Source: Selaginella moellendorffii (lineage: Eukaryota > Plantae > Lycopodiophyta). From it: a stretch of 64,000 nt of DNA. Location of the stretch: contig NW_003314386.1 of NCBI RefSeq assembly GCF_000143415.4, positions 351,895-415,894 of the forward strand, read 5' to 3'. A model generated the notes under the pieces. The model made no database searches. It was not told the DNA's origin and was given only the letters and a program-made list of their open reading frames with translations. Below, in pieces: positions 24,373 through 36,810 of the stretch. Numbering within the stretch: the first letter of the stretch is position 1; each line of letters opens with the position of its first letter. A program made the translations under genes and the position numbers.

Positions 24373-24800
24373 GACGAATGGATCACTCTTTAGATTAGAC
24401 TCGCATTCTTTTCCTAAAGAACCAAGCGACTGTCCAAAGATACTCTACTCTTTCTTCGCACCAGGAAAAAGAAGAGAGGAAAGCTTTTGCTCAATGAATG
24501 AACGCTGGAAGCGAGCGAGGTAAAAGCTGCGAGGAACAAGAACACAACAACGCTCCAACTACCAAAGGCCGCGGGGATTTTTTGGCAGGAGCAGCGACCC
24601 ACTAGCGCAAAAACACGAATTCATGACGCAGATCCACAACCCATCATCGCCCTCGTCTCACATTTTTCTCTTTTCTCCCTCGAGACAACATAAGAACAAA
24701 CAAACAAACAAACAATGCCACGAAATGATGAAAAGGGCGAAGCTAAAACAAAGCAAGGACTTGGCTATGGCTGCTTCTTCCTCGCTCGCTCGCTCAGACC

Positions 24801-24838
24801 CTCTCTCTCTCTCTCTCTTTCTCTCTCTCACTCTCTCT
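24801..24838. repeat. (CT)n/(GA)n tract upstream of the SRF gene
   Basis: ctctctctct... seen directly. Confidence 0.85.
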
Positions 24839-25344
24839 TTCTTTTCACAAGAAAACAAATCAAGCAGACAAAAACAAAGGATCAAGAGCACAAAATCCTG
24901 GGCAGTCGACACGAATTTAATCTCGTGACTGTGACGATTTTAACACGGAGTCGCAAATTCAGGCTGATCGTCGCCAGATTACTGCCAGTTTGTGTGAACT
25001 TTACTCTCTTTTCTTCGATCTTTTCTTTTCTAGTCTTCTTTTGTCTGCGCAGGTGGAAAGCTGCTGTTTTTCTATAGCGACCATGTTCTTCATTGCTGGC
25101 TGGCATGAATATAGGGAATATGCTGCCACCATAGCCAGAAAGTTTCCCAAAGCTCTCTCTTTTTTCTTCTTTTCTCTGGTGAAGGAAGGACACGATCAAA
25201 CGAAACCAAAGTTCTTTCTTTTGCTCCAAGTTTTCTTTCCAATCTTAAAGTTTGTTGCAGCACAAGGATCGCACCATCTTAACACCATCTTAGCGGAGAA
25301 CTTACGATCTCGCAAAAAGGTTGCCGAGAGTTCTCGGCTCAAGA

Positions 25345-26895
25345 TCAAGCTGAGATCACTTCCATTTTCTCACACTCGTCTCTAATCTCTGCAAACAAAG
25401 GTGTGGAAAGATAGCGCTCACCGGCACTGGGAAGTATCACAACGATCATCTTTCCAGCGTTCTCAGGACTTTTCGCGATCTAAACAACAAGAAACAATCA
25501 ACCAGGATTGAAAACATGCTGCACCAAAGCATTGCTTACCTTGATAGCTCCAGCAAACGCAGCTCCGGACGAGATTCCAACCAAAAGGCCCTCCTCGCTC
25601 GCCAATCTTCTCGTCCAATCAAGAGCTTCCTCCGTAGTGACGGTCACCACTCTATCGATGATGCTCGTGTCTGTGACGTCTGGAATAAATCCTGGTCCTA
25701 TTCCTTGGATCCCGTGCGGCCCCTTGACACCACCCGATAGAACTGGACTCTCAGCCGGCTCCACTGCCATGACTTGGATTTCCGGGTTTCGAGACTTGAG
25801 ATACTTCCCAGCTCCACTGAGTGTTCCTCCTGTTCCACAGCCCGACATGAAGATGTCCACCTTGCCTGCCGTGTCTTTCCAGATCTCAGGACCTTGGAAG
25901 TTCATAAAAGACACACTTTGATGAAGTTAGGCAACGAAGAACGCTTTCAAATCTTACCCGTGCTATCGAAGTGAGCTTGAGGGTTGCATGGGTTCTGGGC
26001 TTGATCCAGCATGCACGCGTTTGGAAGTGTTTTTGCTAGCTCTCGAGCTTTGTCAAACAAGAAGGCAAATCCTAGAGCAGGATCTGGCATCACAAAACAA
26101 GTTAACGCTCAGACTAAGAAAACAATGTGTGGAAAGAACCTGTGAGGATGACTTGAGCCCCAAAGGCTTTGAGAATCATCCGGCGCTCGATCGAGTAGCT
26201 GGAAGGCATGACGGCCACGACTTTATATCCTCGGACTGCAGCTACAAGAGCTAGAGCGATTCCAGTGTTCCCGCTCGTTGGCTCCACAATGGTTGACACT
26301 CCAGGAATAAGGAGTCCTTTGTTCTCGGCATCAATGATCATCCTGGGAAAAACAACCGATAGAACTGGGTGAAAGAGCTAACTTTGATGAAAGAAATAAA
26401 GAACTTTTATGGATCTAAAGTTACTTGGGAGAGAGCAATGCGATCCTTGACTAAAGAACTTTGATGAAAGAACTGAAGAACTTTGATGGATCTAAAGTTC
26501 TTACGGACGCGACCCTTGACTAAAGAACTTTGGTGGATCAGCAATGCGATCCTTGATTAAAGAACTCTGATGAAAGATGGAATCACTTACGAGAGAGCCA
26601 TGCGATCCTTGACGGAGCATCCAGGCTGATATCCTTCCAACTTGACGACGATCCTCGCGAGAGCTCCTTCCTTGGCAGAGATTCTCTTGGTTTCCACCAG
26701 GGGCGTCCATCCGATAAGCTAAGCCATTCCAAGTAAACTCCCTTGAAACGAAGGATAAGATCACTTTCTCACCTCTGCGGCGCTTCCAAGGATCCTTTCT
26801 CCTCCATCGCATTTGCGATCGATCGAGAAGAATGGACTGGCAGCCTCGCCTCCAGATCCAATGCGAGCGATGGAGGGGATTTCCAGGAGATCCAT
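25345..26895 (-). CDS. Cysteine synthase / O-acetylserine(thiol)lyase family (beta-substituted alanine synthase)
   Basis: Spliced model MDLLEIP...ILGSAAE|LIGWTPLV...[12 protein letters not shown] (PLP Lys)|...EPTSGNTG...|GCGTGGT...HGIQGIG...GISSGAA|...[13 protein letters not shown]...VISA*. Confidence 0.93.
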
Positions 26896-26982
26896 CGAAA
26901 CAAAGCGCCCTAGTCAACCTCGTCTCTCTCATCTCTTTGTCGCTTATATAGCTAGGAGGAAGAACGCGGAGAGACGCCGGCC

Positions 26983-27564
26983 ATGGCGTCGTCATCGTGC
27001 CTCCTCCTCTCGATTCCGTCCTGTTCTTACACTGGCGCCACTGCTGCGAGCATCGATCGGCCGAAATCTCGAGGTAGGAGGAGCTATAGCTCGTCGATTC
27101 GCTGTGGCGCCCTCAAATCCGCGCCCAAGGGTTTTGGAGAGCTCCCCAGCTCCAGCAAGAAGAGGGACGAATCATCCTCTTCTCCTTCTTCCTCCATCGC
27201 CACGACCTCGAATTTGGGGCAAGTATCGTCCGCCAAGGGAGAGGAGGAGGACGATACCGTGCCAGAGGTTGTGACGAATCGGATGCTCAAGCGCATGATC
27301 GTGACGGTGGGAGCGCCGCTGGGGACCGGATTCCTCGCATTCCCGGCCTACTACTTCGCGAAATCGGCGCTCAAGATGGAATTCCCCCAAGTCTTGCCGA
27401 TGATCACCTCCTTCCTCTTGTTCGGGCTCTCCGGATTTGGGATCTTGTACGCGGTGGTGTCGACGAGCTGGGATCCGCTGCGCGAGGGATCGGTGCTGGG
27501 ATGGGACGAAGCGCGCGTGAATTGGAATCTCGTGTGGCAGAAGCGCGACGAGGACGACGACTAG
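26983..27564 (+). CDS. PAM68: PAM68-family thylakoid membrane protein (DUF3464)
   Basis: 193-aa intronless ORF with a transit peptide, PKGFG, VPEVVTNRMLKRM, two TM helices and SWDPLREGSVLGWDEARVNW. Confidence 0.88.
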   Translation: MASSSCLLLSIPSCSYTGATAASIDRPKSRGRRSYSSSIRCGALKSAPKGFGELPSSSKKRDESSSSPSSSIATTSNLGQVSSAKGEEEDDTVPEVVTNRMLKRMIVTVGAPLGTGFLAFPAYYFAKSALKMEFPQVLPMITSFLLFGLSGFGILYAVVSTSWDPLREGSVLGWDEARVNWNLVWQKRDEDDD

Positions 27565-27640
27565 CTCTAAAGGGAAATGTATATAGGAGCTCGAAAATTT
27601 AGGGTTCTTCGCAAATGTGAGAGCTAGGGTTTAACCAAGA

Positions 27641-29854
27641 ATGGCGAAAGTGACGCTAGATTCGCTGCCGCTGAAGCGAGTGCTCGCGCTCGAGGAGTCG
27701 GGAATCGAGCTCTATCCGCCGTAAGTCCGCTGTTGGAAGGGCTTTGCTTGATCGTTTGATTGTAGTGAATCTTCGCAAGACGAGAAGCCGTTGTCGCTAC
27801 TCCAGAGCTTGGATTTCGAGCGGCCCGACGAGAAGGAAGCGAAGAAGAGCAAGAGCGGCAAGGATGGAGCGTCGCAGTGGCCGTGGCAGGGTCTCATCGA
27901 GCATTTCCATCAAGCAAGGGAAGAGCTTATGACGCTACTGGATTTCATAGCTCATGTAAGTTCGCTCCCATGGAATTTTTTTCTTTCTAATCTCTTCGAT
28001 CCTCTAGGTGGAGAGCAATGAGGCGCTCACAGTGACCCATATGATGAAACCCAAGCCACTCCCAAACGAAGCTGGTGCTGATTTAGCGTTGCGAACGGCT
28101 TCAAAGTCTCGGAGTTACAAGGTGAGCTTTGTGAGTTTCTTTCGTTCTAGATCTTATGATAGTTTGTTCCAGGAAATTGCGAGTTATCTCAAGCGCAATG
28201 CCAAGTCTCTGGAGCGCCAAGTCGAAAGAGAATCGGTCTTTTATGGAGCTCTTATGCGGTACGCTGTGACTTGAAGATCATTCTCTCTGCGGTTTTGTTC
28301 TTTTAACATGCTTTTTTCTTTCTCAGTTTGCAAAGAAACTGGAAGATAAAACGCCAGCGTGGTGTCTCTGCGGGTCCTGGAGGAAAAGCTGGTTTTCTCA
28401 TCGACTTGTCGTTTCCTCTATCTGTGGACCCGAGCTTGATATCTTCTTCGCGTACTGCTGCGTGGACATTGATCAAAGTGAACCAGGATGCAAATGGGCT
28501 GCTCTCCGTGCAAATCCCCGCTGGAAAAACTATCACAACCTTACAGGTTTATCTCAGTCGCGAGTTAGAAGAATACACGAGCAAACAGCAGTTAGAGCAA
28601 CCACCTCGGAGACGAGACAATCGAGACCCTGACGAGGGAACAAGCTCAGCAAACCATCGACTCCGAAATATCCAGCTATCAATATTTGACGAGCTGGTAT
28701 GCCTCAAGTTCTTGTAACTTTCTTTTAAACTCACCAGCGATCTTCGCTTGCAGATATTTGAATGCCTGTGTCGGGATGTTCTCCAACCTTCGTCGGCCAC
28801 GAGCCTGCATGAGATTGGCGAATCGTCTCTAGATATTGGCGCGGGTCCTTCGATAGCGTCATTCTTCAGGCTTGTAGAGGACGACGCTGCAAAAGATGCC
28901 ACCTTGAAAGAAGTCGACGTCAAGAGGCTGCCTTTGGCAGGCAGCCTCAGAATTTATTTGCAGCAGGGATTCTACTCAATGTTGCTAGCAAGCATCGTAC
29001 AAAGAAGCGCACCTGGGCCTAGAGCTGGGACTGGAAAGGAGGAGCCAGCGAACCTGCTGAAGAACTTTTCCGTCCTTGCTCGTCACAGAAGCGCCGGCGA
29101 CAAGATTGTTTCGCTTCTGGACACGCTGGTAAGTCCTAGTACCGACATCTGTTTGAAGATGGATGCTAAAGTTTGGTGTTTCAGGTTCTGCAAGTTCCAC
29201 AGCTGTGGTTTCGATCTCATCCAACATGGCGGCCTTTCGTCTCGGCCTGGGATGTTTACTTCGACATCCCGGAAGCCATCATGAATGGAGGTCAAATGAA
29301 ACATCTGGAATGGAACGTGTTGGTTCGTGAAACCAGCGCTACATTCCAGTGCACGCTAGTTCTTCGCCAGGAGATTCTTTCGATAGAGGGGCTTGATGGC
29401 TGCATGCCGTTGGGCGCGTCCGGACAAGAGTCAACTGGGATGAAAAGCTGCGTGTGCAGCGTCTCAGAGCTTCCATTTTTCCTGCTCACACAGGTAAAGG
29501 AAACAGCTTCCTTCATCTTTCACTCCTTCCCAGCGTCATCGTCTCTGACTTTGTTACTATTAGATCGCGGGGAAAGTCATCGGGTGGCTTGAAGAGGAGG
29601 CCGTGCTGCTGGGGCCGAGAGTGAAAAGAGATTTCCTGAGCATCGTCTTCAACATACAAAACAACGGGCTGGTATCGCTTGTGGCCGCTCCATCTGGTTA
29701 CTGCATCAACTGGTGGTTGAGATTCTACTCTTTCGGGTCAGACGATACGGCTGCTGCTTCCGGGGCCAGTGCTCCAGCTAGTGAGAGGTTCCTGGGACCT
29801 CTGCCTCTGGAGACTCTGCGAGCAGTGGTGATGGATTTGGCCATAAATCTCTAG
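27641..29854 (+). CDS. MED17: Mediator of RNA polymerase II transcription subunit 17
   Basis: Spliced model MAKVTLDSLPLKRVLALEESGIELYPP|...QWPWQGLIEHFHQAREEL...VTHMMKPKPLPNE...FYGALMR|LQRNWKIKRQR matches plant MED17 as recalled. Ends RFLGPLPLETLRAVVMDLAINL*. Confidence 0.88.
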
Positions 29855-31711
29855 GCACTGGTCCTGGCCTTGTCTTCGGCGAGGGAGGATGCAAAACTTG
29901 TCAAGGGGAGAGGGAACTTAACTTCGACAGTGATCTCCTCCAGGTACTTACTCAGCGACTTTTTTTATTTTTCCTTTCCTTGTTAAGACGTGCAACAACA
30001 GGCACAGCTGTTGTTGTGTGGTGCAATTACCTACGCGTACTAATCTGGATTTGTGTTTTGACCGTGGCGTAGGTACACAGAGTTATTTTTGTTTCTCCTG
30101 CAAAGCTCAAGATCCATTGCTCCACGCAGCTCGCAGTGAGCAGGATCCCCTCCCAGTTCTTTTAAGACGAAGGAGAAAGGAGTTGAGGTATGGAACAAAG
30201 CTGGTTTTCTGAGAAACAGTGACTGTCATTGTTGTTTAGGGGACACCGACATGGCGATTCTCCCTTGGAGCGTACGTTTCAGTAACTTGGATAAATCGGA
30301 CAGATGCCCGTTGGACTCCTGCGTACGAGCAAAATGCCGTTGGTGGGTCAGGAAAGGAATGACATTACCCGACACGGAGTCCCAGAGGGGGAGGAAAGGA
30401 GAACAAAAGTTGTGGGAGGGGAAGCAAAAATGCAAATGCCGCGACTGGGCATTTTGGGCCGAGGAGGAGAAGGAACAGGAAACAGGGGGACATCAACATC
30501 AGCAGCAGTAGCAAGCACAACGCAACTGATTTCAATTGAAGCTCCCAAAACAAACGAGAGAGAGAGGATGGAGGAGGTTAGCTTTCTGTCCCAGTTGGAA
30601 CATTTAAAAGGTGGAGTCAGAAGTTTTGAGGTGACCGGTTTTGTTGGGTCCTCTCTCCCTCTCTTTCTCACTCTCTTTCTCTCTGTGGGGTGACCCCATC
30701 AATGAGGCAAGCAAGCACGCTCTGTCCACACACACACGCGAGAGAAAGATTAAAAAACAAAATATAATCTAATTATTGTAGTATTATACTATTCTATATA
30801 AAAAGTAGATTCCTTCATTCTTCTTCCACTTGGTGTTTTTTTCTTCTTTCCCCCACTGGAAATTGTGTTGCTATGTGAGCTTGCATTCAAGGAAGACACA
30901 AAGTGGGGGAGCGAGACCACAAGAAACCGAGTGGCAGTTTTAGCGGTGGCAGAAATTTTGATCCCTTGGAAACCGATACAAACTGTGAAAACATGGGCCT
31001 ATCAATTTGGTCCTCTTTTCATTGTTATCGACCCCAAAGCAGGACGAAAACAAACAAAAGAGAGCCTGTTTTTGTGGGTGGTATAGTATTATCTTGTGTG
31101 CTCCACGAATTATGTGTGTGTTGATGTTGTCATTTCATTCAGAAACGAGGCAAGGCAGGTCCATTGACGCCGAGAGCAAAACGACATGAGAAAAATCCGA
31201 AGGCAGTGATGGCGAGAGACATTTTGCCGAATTCTCTTAAAACAATGCTCTCTCGGGTACCCACCGGGACGTTGAAACCACCATATCTGCAGAGTTCCTG
31301 CTGTTTTTCATTCTTTTTATTTCCATAGCATCCACAAGCACAAAACCAAACCAAGAACATAAGGAACACAAGACATAACTCGTACTTGTTTTCAAGGAAA
31401 CCAAGAAGATGGTGAGGATAAGCAACAGAAATAACAAAAAGCTTAGGATCCCTGAGCACCCAAGCTTGATGATCCTTGTTCTTCTTCCAGTGGAAAGCCA
31501 TGCATTCACATCAATCTCTACAGCTCTCCCACTGGCAGCAAACTTGAGGAGATGCACAATCCTCATGTAGCATTGCTGCACTCCTCTAAGTCTTGTCTGG
31601 TTGACACAATTCTAAATCTAGACCCAGGATCTTATGCTTGATCATAAGCTTCCAGCAACTTCGATCTTGATTGGTGTGGAAGATCTTGGTTCCCTGCCCT
31701 GGCTGCATGAT

Positions 31712-31838
31712 CTAGCACATAACATCAGACAGTAGCTTGTATCGCCTGCCAATGCTCCTGTTACTGCTCAAGTGCTGCAGCTTATCTTTTCTCAGGCCGC
31801 CATGGTGACCTTTGATCAGATTCTTGAAGCCATGATGC

Positions 31839-31869
<31 letters not shown>

Positions 31870-32976
31870 TCTGCTGGTGGTGATGATGATCATTGTCATG
31901 ATAATGATGAGGGTGATGATGATCGCCTCTTATACCAGCTTGCCCAGGCGTAGTGGTGGCCATCTTTTGCCTCTTGGGCGAGGGAGAGCTCGAGCTCGTC
32001 GTTACTGCAACTTGGAGCCGCCCGGAGCTGGACGGGCGATCGATGGAGCACTGCCCCGCAAGTGGATTCTTGATGGCATCCCCACCCATGATCGTCTGAT
32101 CCATGGCTCCATTATCTGCCGCCACTGTCTGGGCCACCTCGAGCAGCAGCTCCAGCGCATCCTTGTGGCCATGCTTGATCGAGCTCCTGGGGCTGCCAGC
32201 GCCAGTGGAGTTTCTTATCATCGCATCCTCGTCGCGCTTCTTTCCAGTGTCATTGCTGCCTTGGAGCTTGGTTCTGGTATCACGATCGCTTTCATCCTTC
32301 CTGGGCCAATTCGTAGCTCCTGTTGCTGGACTCAACGATTCACCTATAAGCTGGCCGGCAACCTTCCTTTTGCTAGCGCCGCCACCACCACCGATAATGC
32401 TGCTGCCACCGAGTTTTAACACTCCTCTCAATTTGGTGCTCGAGGTACCAGCGCTGCTACTGCCAGTGGAGGGATTTGGATCCTGAGAGCACCAATCGCA
32501 GATATCTTGGCTGGGACTGCCTGGATAGAATCGGCTGCAGTACCTGGTAATCGGTAAAGAAGACCAACAAGAAGAACGCGTCAATACACTAGTCACAAGA
32601 GGAAAAATTCACGCACAAGGAATCTATCACTCAAGAATGGAAGAAGAACCAAAAAACAATTGGAGGAAGAACAATTCTCACGCAAGAAGAATGAGAATGA
32701 ATCAAACCCATACGTGTGCTGGAATCGGTAGACGCATTTCCTACAACGGAAGAGCTCGCTGGAGAAACCGACATCGCCACACATGCAGCATTCTTGTTCT
32801 TGCTCTTCTAGATCGCGAGAATGGCGATCGTCGCTGGCGCCAAAGCTATCCTTCCTGCCATGACCACGACAGGGATCGCGCCTCTTTGCTTCTCCCTCGC
32901 CCAGGCTGCTTATACTCGCCGATTGATTCAACCTGTTCTTGGCATTTGGGGCGAGGCTCATCGCCCCAGCCACCAT
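31712..32976 (-). CDS. Plant PHD-like zinc-binding protein (At1g02070/At3g60520-like) with a poly-His/Gln tract
   Basis: ECCMCGDVGFSSELFRCRKC..RFQHT|YCS.FYP....ICDWC, and the conserved C-terminal RRYKLLSDVMC. One intron at about 32711-32545. The start could be the upstream ORF start at 33051. Confidence 0.85.
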
Positions 32977-33416
32977 GGCGCGGAGCTCTTGCACGCTGCG
33001 ATCTAGCCCTCGCCGCGGTGAATCTGCGCGAAATATCGATCTATCGATCAATCGATATTACCCTCCCTGTGACTGCAGTGACCTCCTCTCACTCGCGATT
33101 CTTCGCTCCTCGCCGGGAGAGGAGGAGCTGCTCTCCCAGCTATGGCCGATGGTTCCCGCGGCGACCGCGAGCCCGCTGCCAAATTCCGCGGATCTGCAGA
33201 GAACCAAGCAGCCAATTCGAGGGATCGCTGGATGAATCGATGGAGTGGAGCGCGAGATCGTGGCAAGAAGGCGAGGATCTTGACGACGCGGCCGCTGGCG
33301 TGCGCGCCCCGGCAAAGAAAGAAAGAAGATGGCAAAGGGCGAGGGCAAAAACACACACACCCACACAGTGGGAGTTAAAACCAAAGTAGTAAAAAGAGGG
33401 GCAAAGAAATGTCATT

Positions 33417-33533
33417 GACACGTGGATCCACAACGACACGCGTCATGCACCCATTCGCCACCCGGTACACGCCACGTGGTGGTCCGGTCCATGTGATGGT
33501 CTTGCCATCAACGGTCGCAACCCCGCTACGTGT
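33417..33533. promoter_or_regulatory. Cluster of ABRE/G-box and CGCG (CE3-like) motifs upstream of the PHD-like gene
   Basis: GACACGTGG (33417), ACACGCGT (about 33436), GCCACGTGG (33471) and TACGTGT (about 33527), all within 120 bp. Confidence 0.55.
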
Positions 33534-35094
33534 ATGACCGGGCAGTATATTCGGGGCCAAAGGACGAATCCTATCTCCAAAGCGTCGTTTTCTTCCACGG
33601 ACGACCCCACTCGCGATTCGTCGATCAAACGCAGTGCAAAGATTAGACTGAGCTTAACATTGGTACACAAATCAAACCTCCGCGATCAAAATTGATTTTT
33701 TCCTTCTCTCTCTCTCTCTCTCTCACTTTCCCTGCCACAACTTTGTTAGCTACTCTACACAGGTAAGACGTTGACAAGAATACCTCCCAGTAGAATCCAG
33801 CTCTTGTTTGTTTTCCCGGCTGGCTTTGAAAGCAAACGCTCGGGGGCTGTCAATGCAAACCGCATGCATGACAGGGAAGATCACACCACAAGCGTGTTGG
33901 TGGAGGACCAAGTGTATCTTGCGTTCCACTCGACAGCACCTAGTTACAAATTCAAGCAAACGAGGCAACGATCAGTACTGGAGAGGAGGAACTTCCACAG
34001 TAAAATCGGTTGCTACATACCTGAAGCCCAAGCCGGGGAAAGAAAGTCGACGGAACAAACTTCTCCTGGAGCCAGATGTGGAGGAATATTAGCCGGAATG
34101 GAAATGAATAGACTATGCTTTCCTGTCTCGCGATGATAAAATAAGGAGTTGGAACAGCCCACTTCCTAGTTCTCGCAGTCTGTCCAAGGCCCAGCTACAT
34201 GCCCACAGGGAGAAAAAGATATTAAAACACACACAACAAGGATGATAAGAGAATAAAAAACTATAAAAACACGAACCAGGAGGACGTCTTTGTGTCATCT
34301 CCAGCTACAGTATCGCGTTGGTCTCAGCGGCCACCGGAAAGCAAATCAGCAAAACTATATTTTTTTGGATTAGCAACGGAGAGGAGAGGAGCTCCAGAGC
34401 CATCTCAATATCACGCTGGTACTTACTTGGCTTTATTTCGAAAACTTAGCAGCGGCAGCAGTAGCAGCAGCAGTGGCTCAGTCGCAGCAGCGAACCCCAG
34501 TCGAAAGCCTGTTGTAAATGCCATCCTCTTTCTTTCCCCTGACACACATACCAGCCACAAACAATGGCTGCTCAGCAGAAAGACATTGATCACAGCATTT
34601 TCCAGCAATTCTACTACTACCCGATGCCACTGTCCAAATCTCTTGAATGTGCGTGCTCCTCGTCGCTGCATAGAAGAAAAAAAAAACCGAAAAGAAAAAC
34701 ACACCACAATTTTTTTAAAAAAAAGAAATGGAAAACGACTGCAAACCTCGAGACAGCTTTGCGTTTTTGCTTCTCCCTTTTTTCTTTTACCGTTCAGTGG
34801 CATTCTATGAAAACTACAGCTTTTGGCAAGAACCTGTCCCCACTCGGTGCTCAGCATCATCACCTGCATGATGAAGACGTCTGGTTCCTTGGGCATCCAA
34901 CAACACAGCTTCTACTCCCTAGTGGAGTTTTCCACTGCTTTAGTGGTGCTGCTGTAAAGCTAGCATATTGCGTCAATCCTGCAGCGCCAGTTACGTACAA
35001 GCCTCAGTATGGATCATCTCACAAATCTAAGCAGATCGTACCTGTGACTGCTTACACTGCTTTAAACCCGGTCGTCTGCGTTTTGTTCCGCTTG

Positions 35095-36810
35095 TCACGG
35101 TCTCGAGGTGCCCTCCGGCAGCGGCGACTCCTTTTGCTCGTCAAGGTACTTCATCATGAACAGGTGGTCGCCGTCTGGTTTCCTCTGGAACATCCGATAG
35201 TGCTTCTTCGCCAAAGTCACGCAGGGCCGATATGGATTCACGTAGCGCGCCATAAACTCCTTGTTGTCCATGTACAGCATCTGCGAAAGCTGCGGCTCGC
35301 GCGAGAGCTCGCCTCTGTCGTGGAGCAGCTTGAGAACCTCGTAACGGAGTTTTATCCTCCGCTCAAAGTGGCTGTAGAGGAAAGTCGGGTTTCCCAGCAG
35401 CGCCTGCGGTGATAATCCCATTACCTCCGTAAGATACTTCACTTTGGTCTCCAGTCCATCCTTGCTTATCTTCAGGATCCGCGGGTCCCTGGATATCATC
35501 TTTACCAAATCCTCGCCACTAAATCCCAGGCTTTGCAGGTACTTGAGGCGCGATTTCATGTGCCTGATGCCTTCCGCGACACCCCAGCACAAAGCCAGCA
35601 CCATTCCATCCGGCCCCAGGTACGCTATATTTTTCAACAGCCTCGGAAGCTTCTCCTTGTTGTCAATCGCGAAGATGGCCGGCCTTTTGACAATCAGCTT
35701 CGAGAGTTTCTCTCCCGTGATCCCGGCACCTTCCAGAAACGCCACCGTAGGCTTCATCTTGTTCTCAACGCTGTGCGCCAGAATAGCCGGGAAAGCAACC
35801 AATATCTGCCTCACGTTCCACGGCCTCAGTCCCAGTCCTTGGAGATAGCCGATCTTCTCGGAGAGGCTGTCAACGCTGTAGCCGACTATGCTCGGACACC
35901 GTGCAAAGATACGAGCTATATCCGCCGGGTGGACCTTGTGGCTTCTCAAAAACTTGACTTTGGACTTCATCGTTTTGTTGAAGTCGAGAAGTAAAGCCTC
36001 CGGGTGGCTCTTGAGAATTCTCGAGATCTCAGGCTTCTCCAGATTCAGATCCAGCTGGAGATAATCCAGCGTCGTGATGTAGTCGATCTTCGGAAGCTCC
36101 AGTAGCAAAAAACCAAAATGCTTGATGAGTCGTCTCATCGCGGGCTCCTGGATCTCAAAGTCACGTAAAACTTGCAAGAATGGCTCCCAGTGGTCCTTGA
36201 TGGATGGAGTGAAAATCCCGGGATAGCGCGAGCACAGCACCTGGAGTCCCTCGGCCACCACACCGTTTGTATGCAAGTACTGGAAGAGATTGAAAACCTC
36301 GGACGTGTTTGCCTCGAACAAGAACTTGTTCTTCTCGAGAAGATTTCCCACGGTCTTCCTCTCCACCTTGAGCTCTTCCAAGAACGCCGTCACAGCGACG
36401 ACGTGCTGGTATCTAGTCCTCATCACGGCCATCTTCTCCGGATCACCATCTCCCGGCAACTCCATCCCAATGCTCTCGTAGAAGAGCAAGACTTTGTCGA
36501 CTCTCATCTTCGCGAGGTGGCCCTGGATCTTCTCCGCTATAATCTCAGCGCTGGAATTCTGCCCATGCGCGCTCTCGAAGGAATCCAACACCTGTCTCGC
36601 GAAAGTCGACGCATTGCCCGCGATCGCCTGCGCTACCTCCGCCGGCATTTTCCTCTCCGAGTGGAGAAAACTTCCGAGCCCGTCCACCACAGCTCGCAGC
36701 CGCTCCTCCATGCTGGCCAAGGAACACATCCCCGCCCTAGAGATCCACCCGGCATTGTGGATCCTCACCCTGGAGGCGCCGGACAGAGTAGAGAGCAATC
36801 GCAGCGCCAT
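35095..36810 (-). CDS. mTERF-family protein, probably mitochondrial
   Basis: 571-aa intronless ORF with presequence-like MALRLLSTLSGASRVR. mTERF repeats (FPAILAHSVENKMKPTVAFLEGAGI; PSIVGYSVDSLSEKIGYLQGLGL) and C-terminal YSHFERRIKLRY. Telo-boxes upstream (36841, about 36875). Confidence 0.92.
   Translation of the reverse strand: MALRLLSTLSGASRVRIHNAGWISRAGMCSLASMEERLRAVVDGLGSFLHSERKMPAEVAQAIAGNASTFARQVLDSFESAHGQNSSAEIIAEKIQGHLAKMRVDKVLLFYESIGMELPGDGDPEKMAVMRTRYQHVVAVTAFLEELKVERKTVGNLLEKNKFLFEANTSEVFNLFQYLHTNGVVAEGLQVLCSRYPGIFTPSIKDHWEPFLQVLRDFEIQEPAMRRLIKHFGFLLLELPKIDYITTLDYLQLDLNLEKPEISRILKSHPEALLLDFNKTMKSKVKFLRSHKVHPADIARIFARCPSIVGYSVDSLSEKIGYLQGLGLRPWNVRQILVAFPAILAHSVENKMKPTVAFLEGAGITGEKLSKLIVKRPAIFAIDNKEKLPRLLKNIAYLGPDGMVLALCWGVAEGIRHMKSRLKYLQSLGFSGEDLVKMISRDPRILKISKDGLETKVKYLTEVMGLSPQALLGNPTFLYSHFERRIKLRYEVLKLLHDRGELSREPQLSQMLYMDNKEFMARYVNPYRPCVTLAKKHYRMFQRKPDGDHLFMMKYLDEQKESPLPEGTSRP

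Noticed and set aside
29900-31700. Many short ORFs between MED17 and the PHD-like gene
   Set aside because: No recognisable domains; (CT)n and A-rich composition fits UTR or intergenic DNA.
31772-32419. 215-aa ORF with poly-Leu/Met
   Set aside because: Antisense shadow of the poly-Gln/His tract of the PHD-like gene.
34292-35100. ORFs 34292-34810, 34423-34896 and 34564-35412
   Set aside because: They run through poly-A/low-complexity intergenic DNA or antisense to mTERF, with no motifs.
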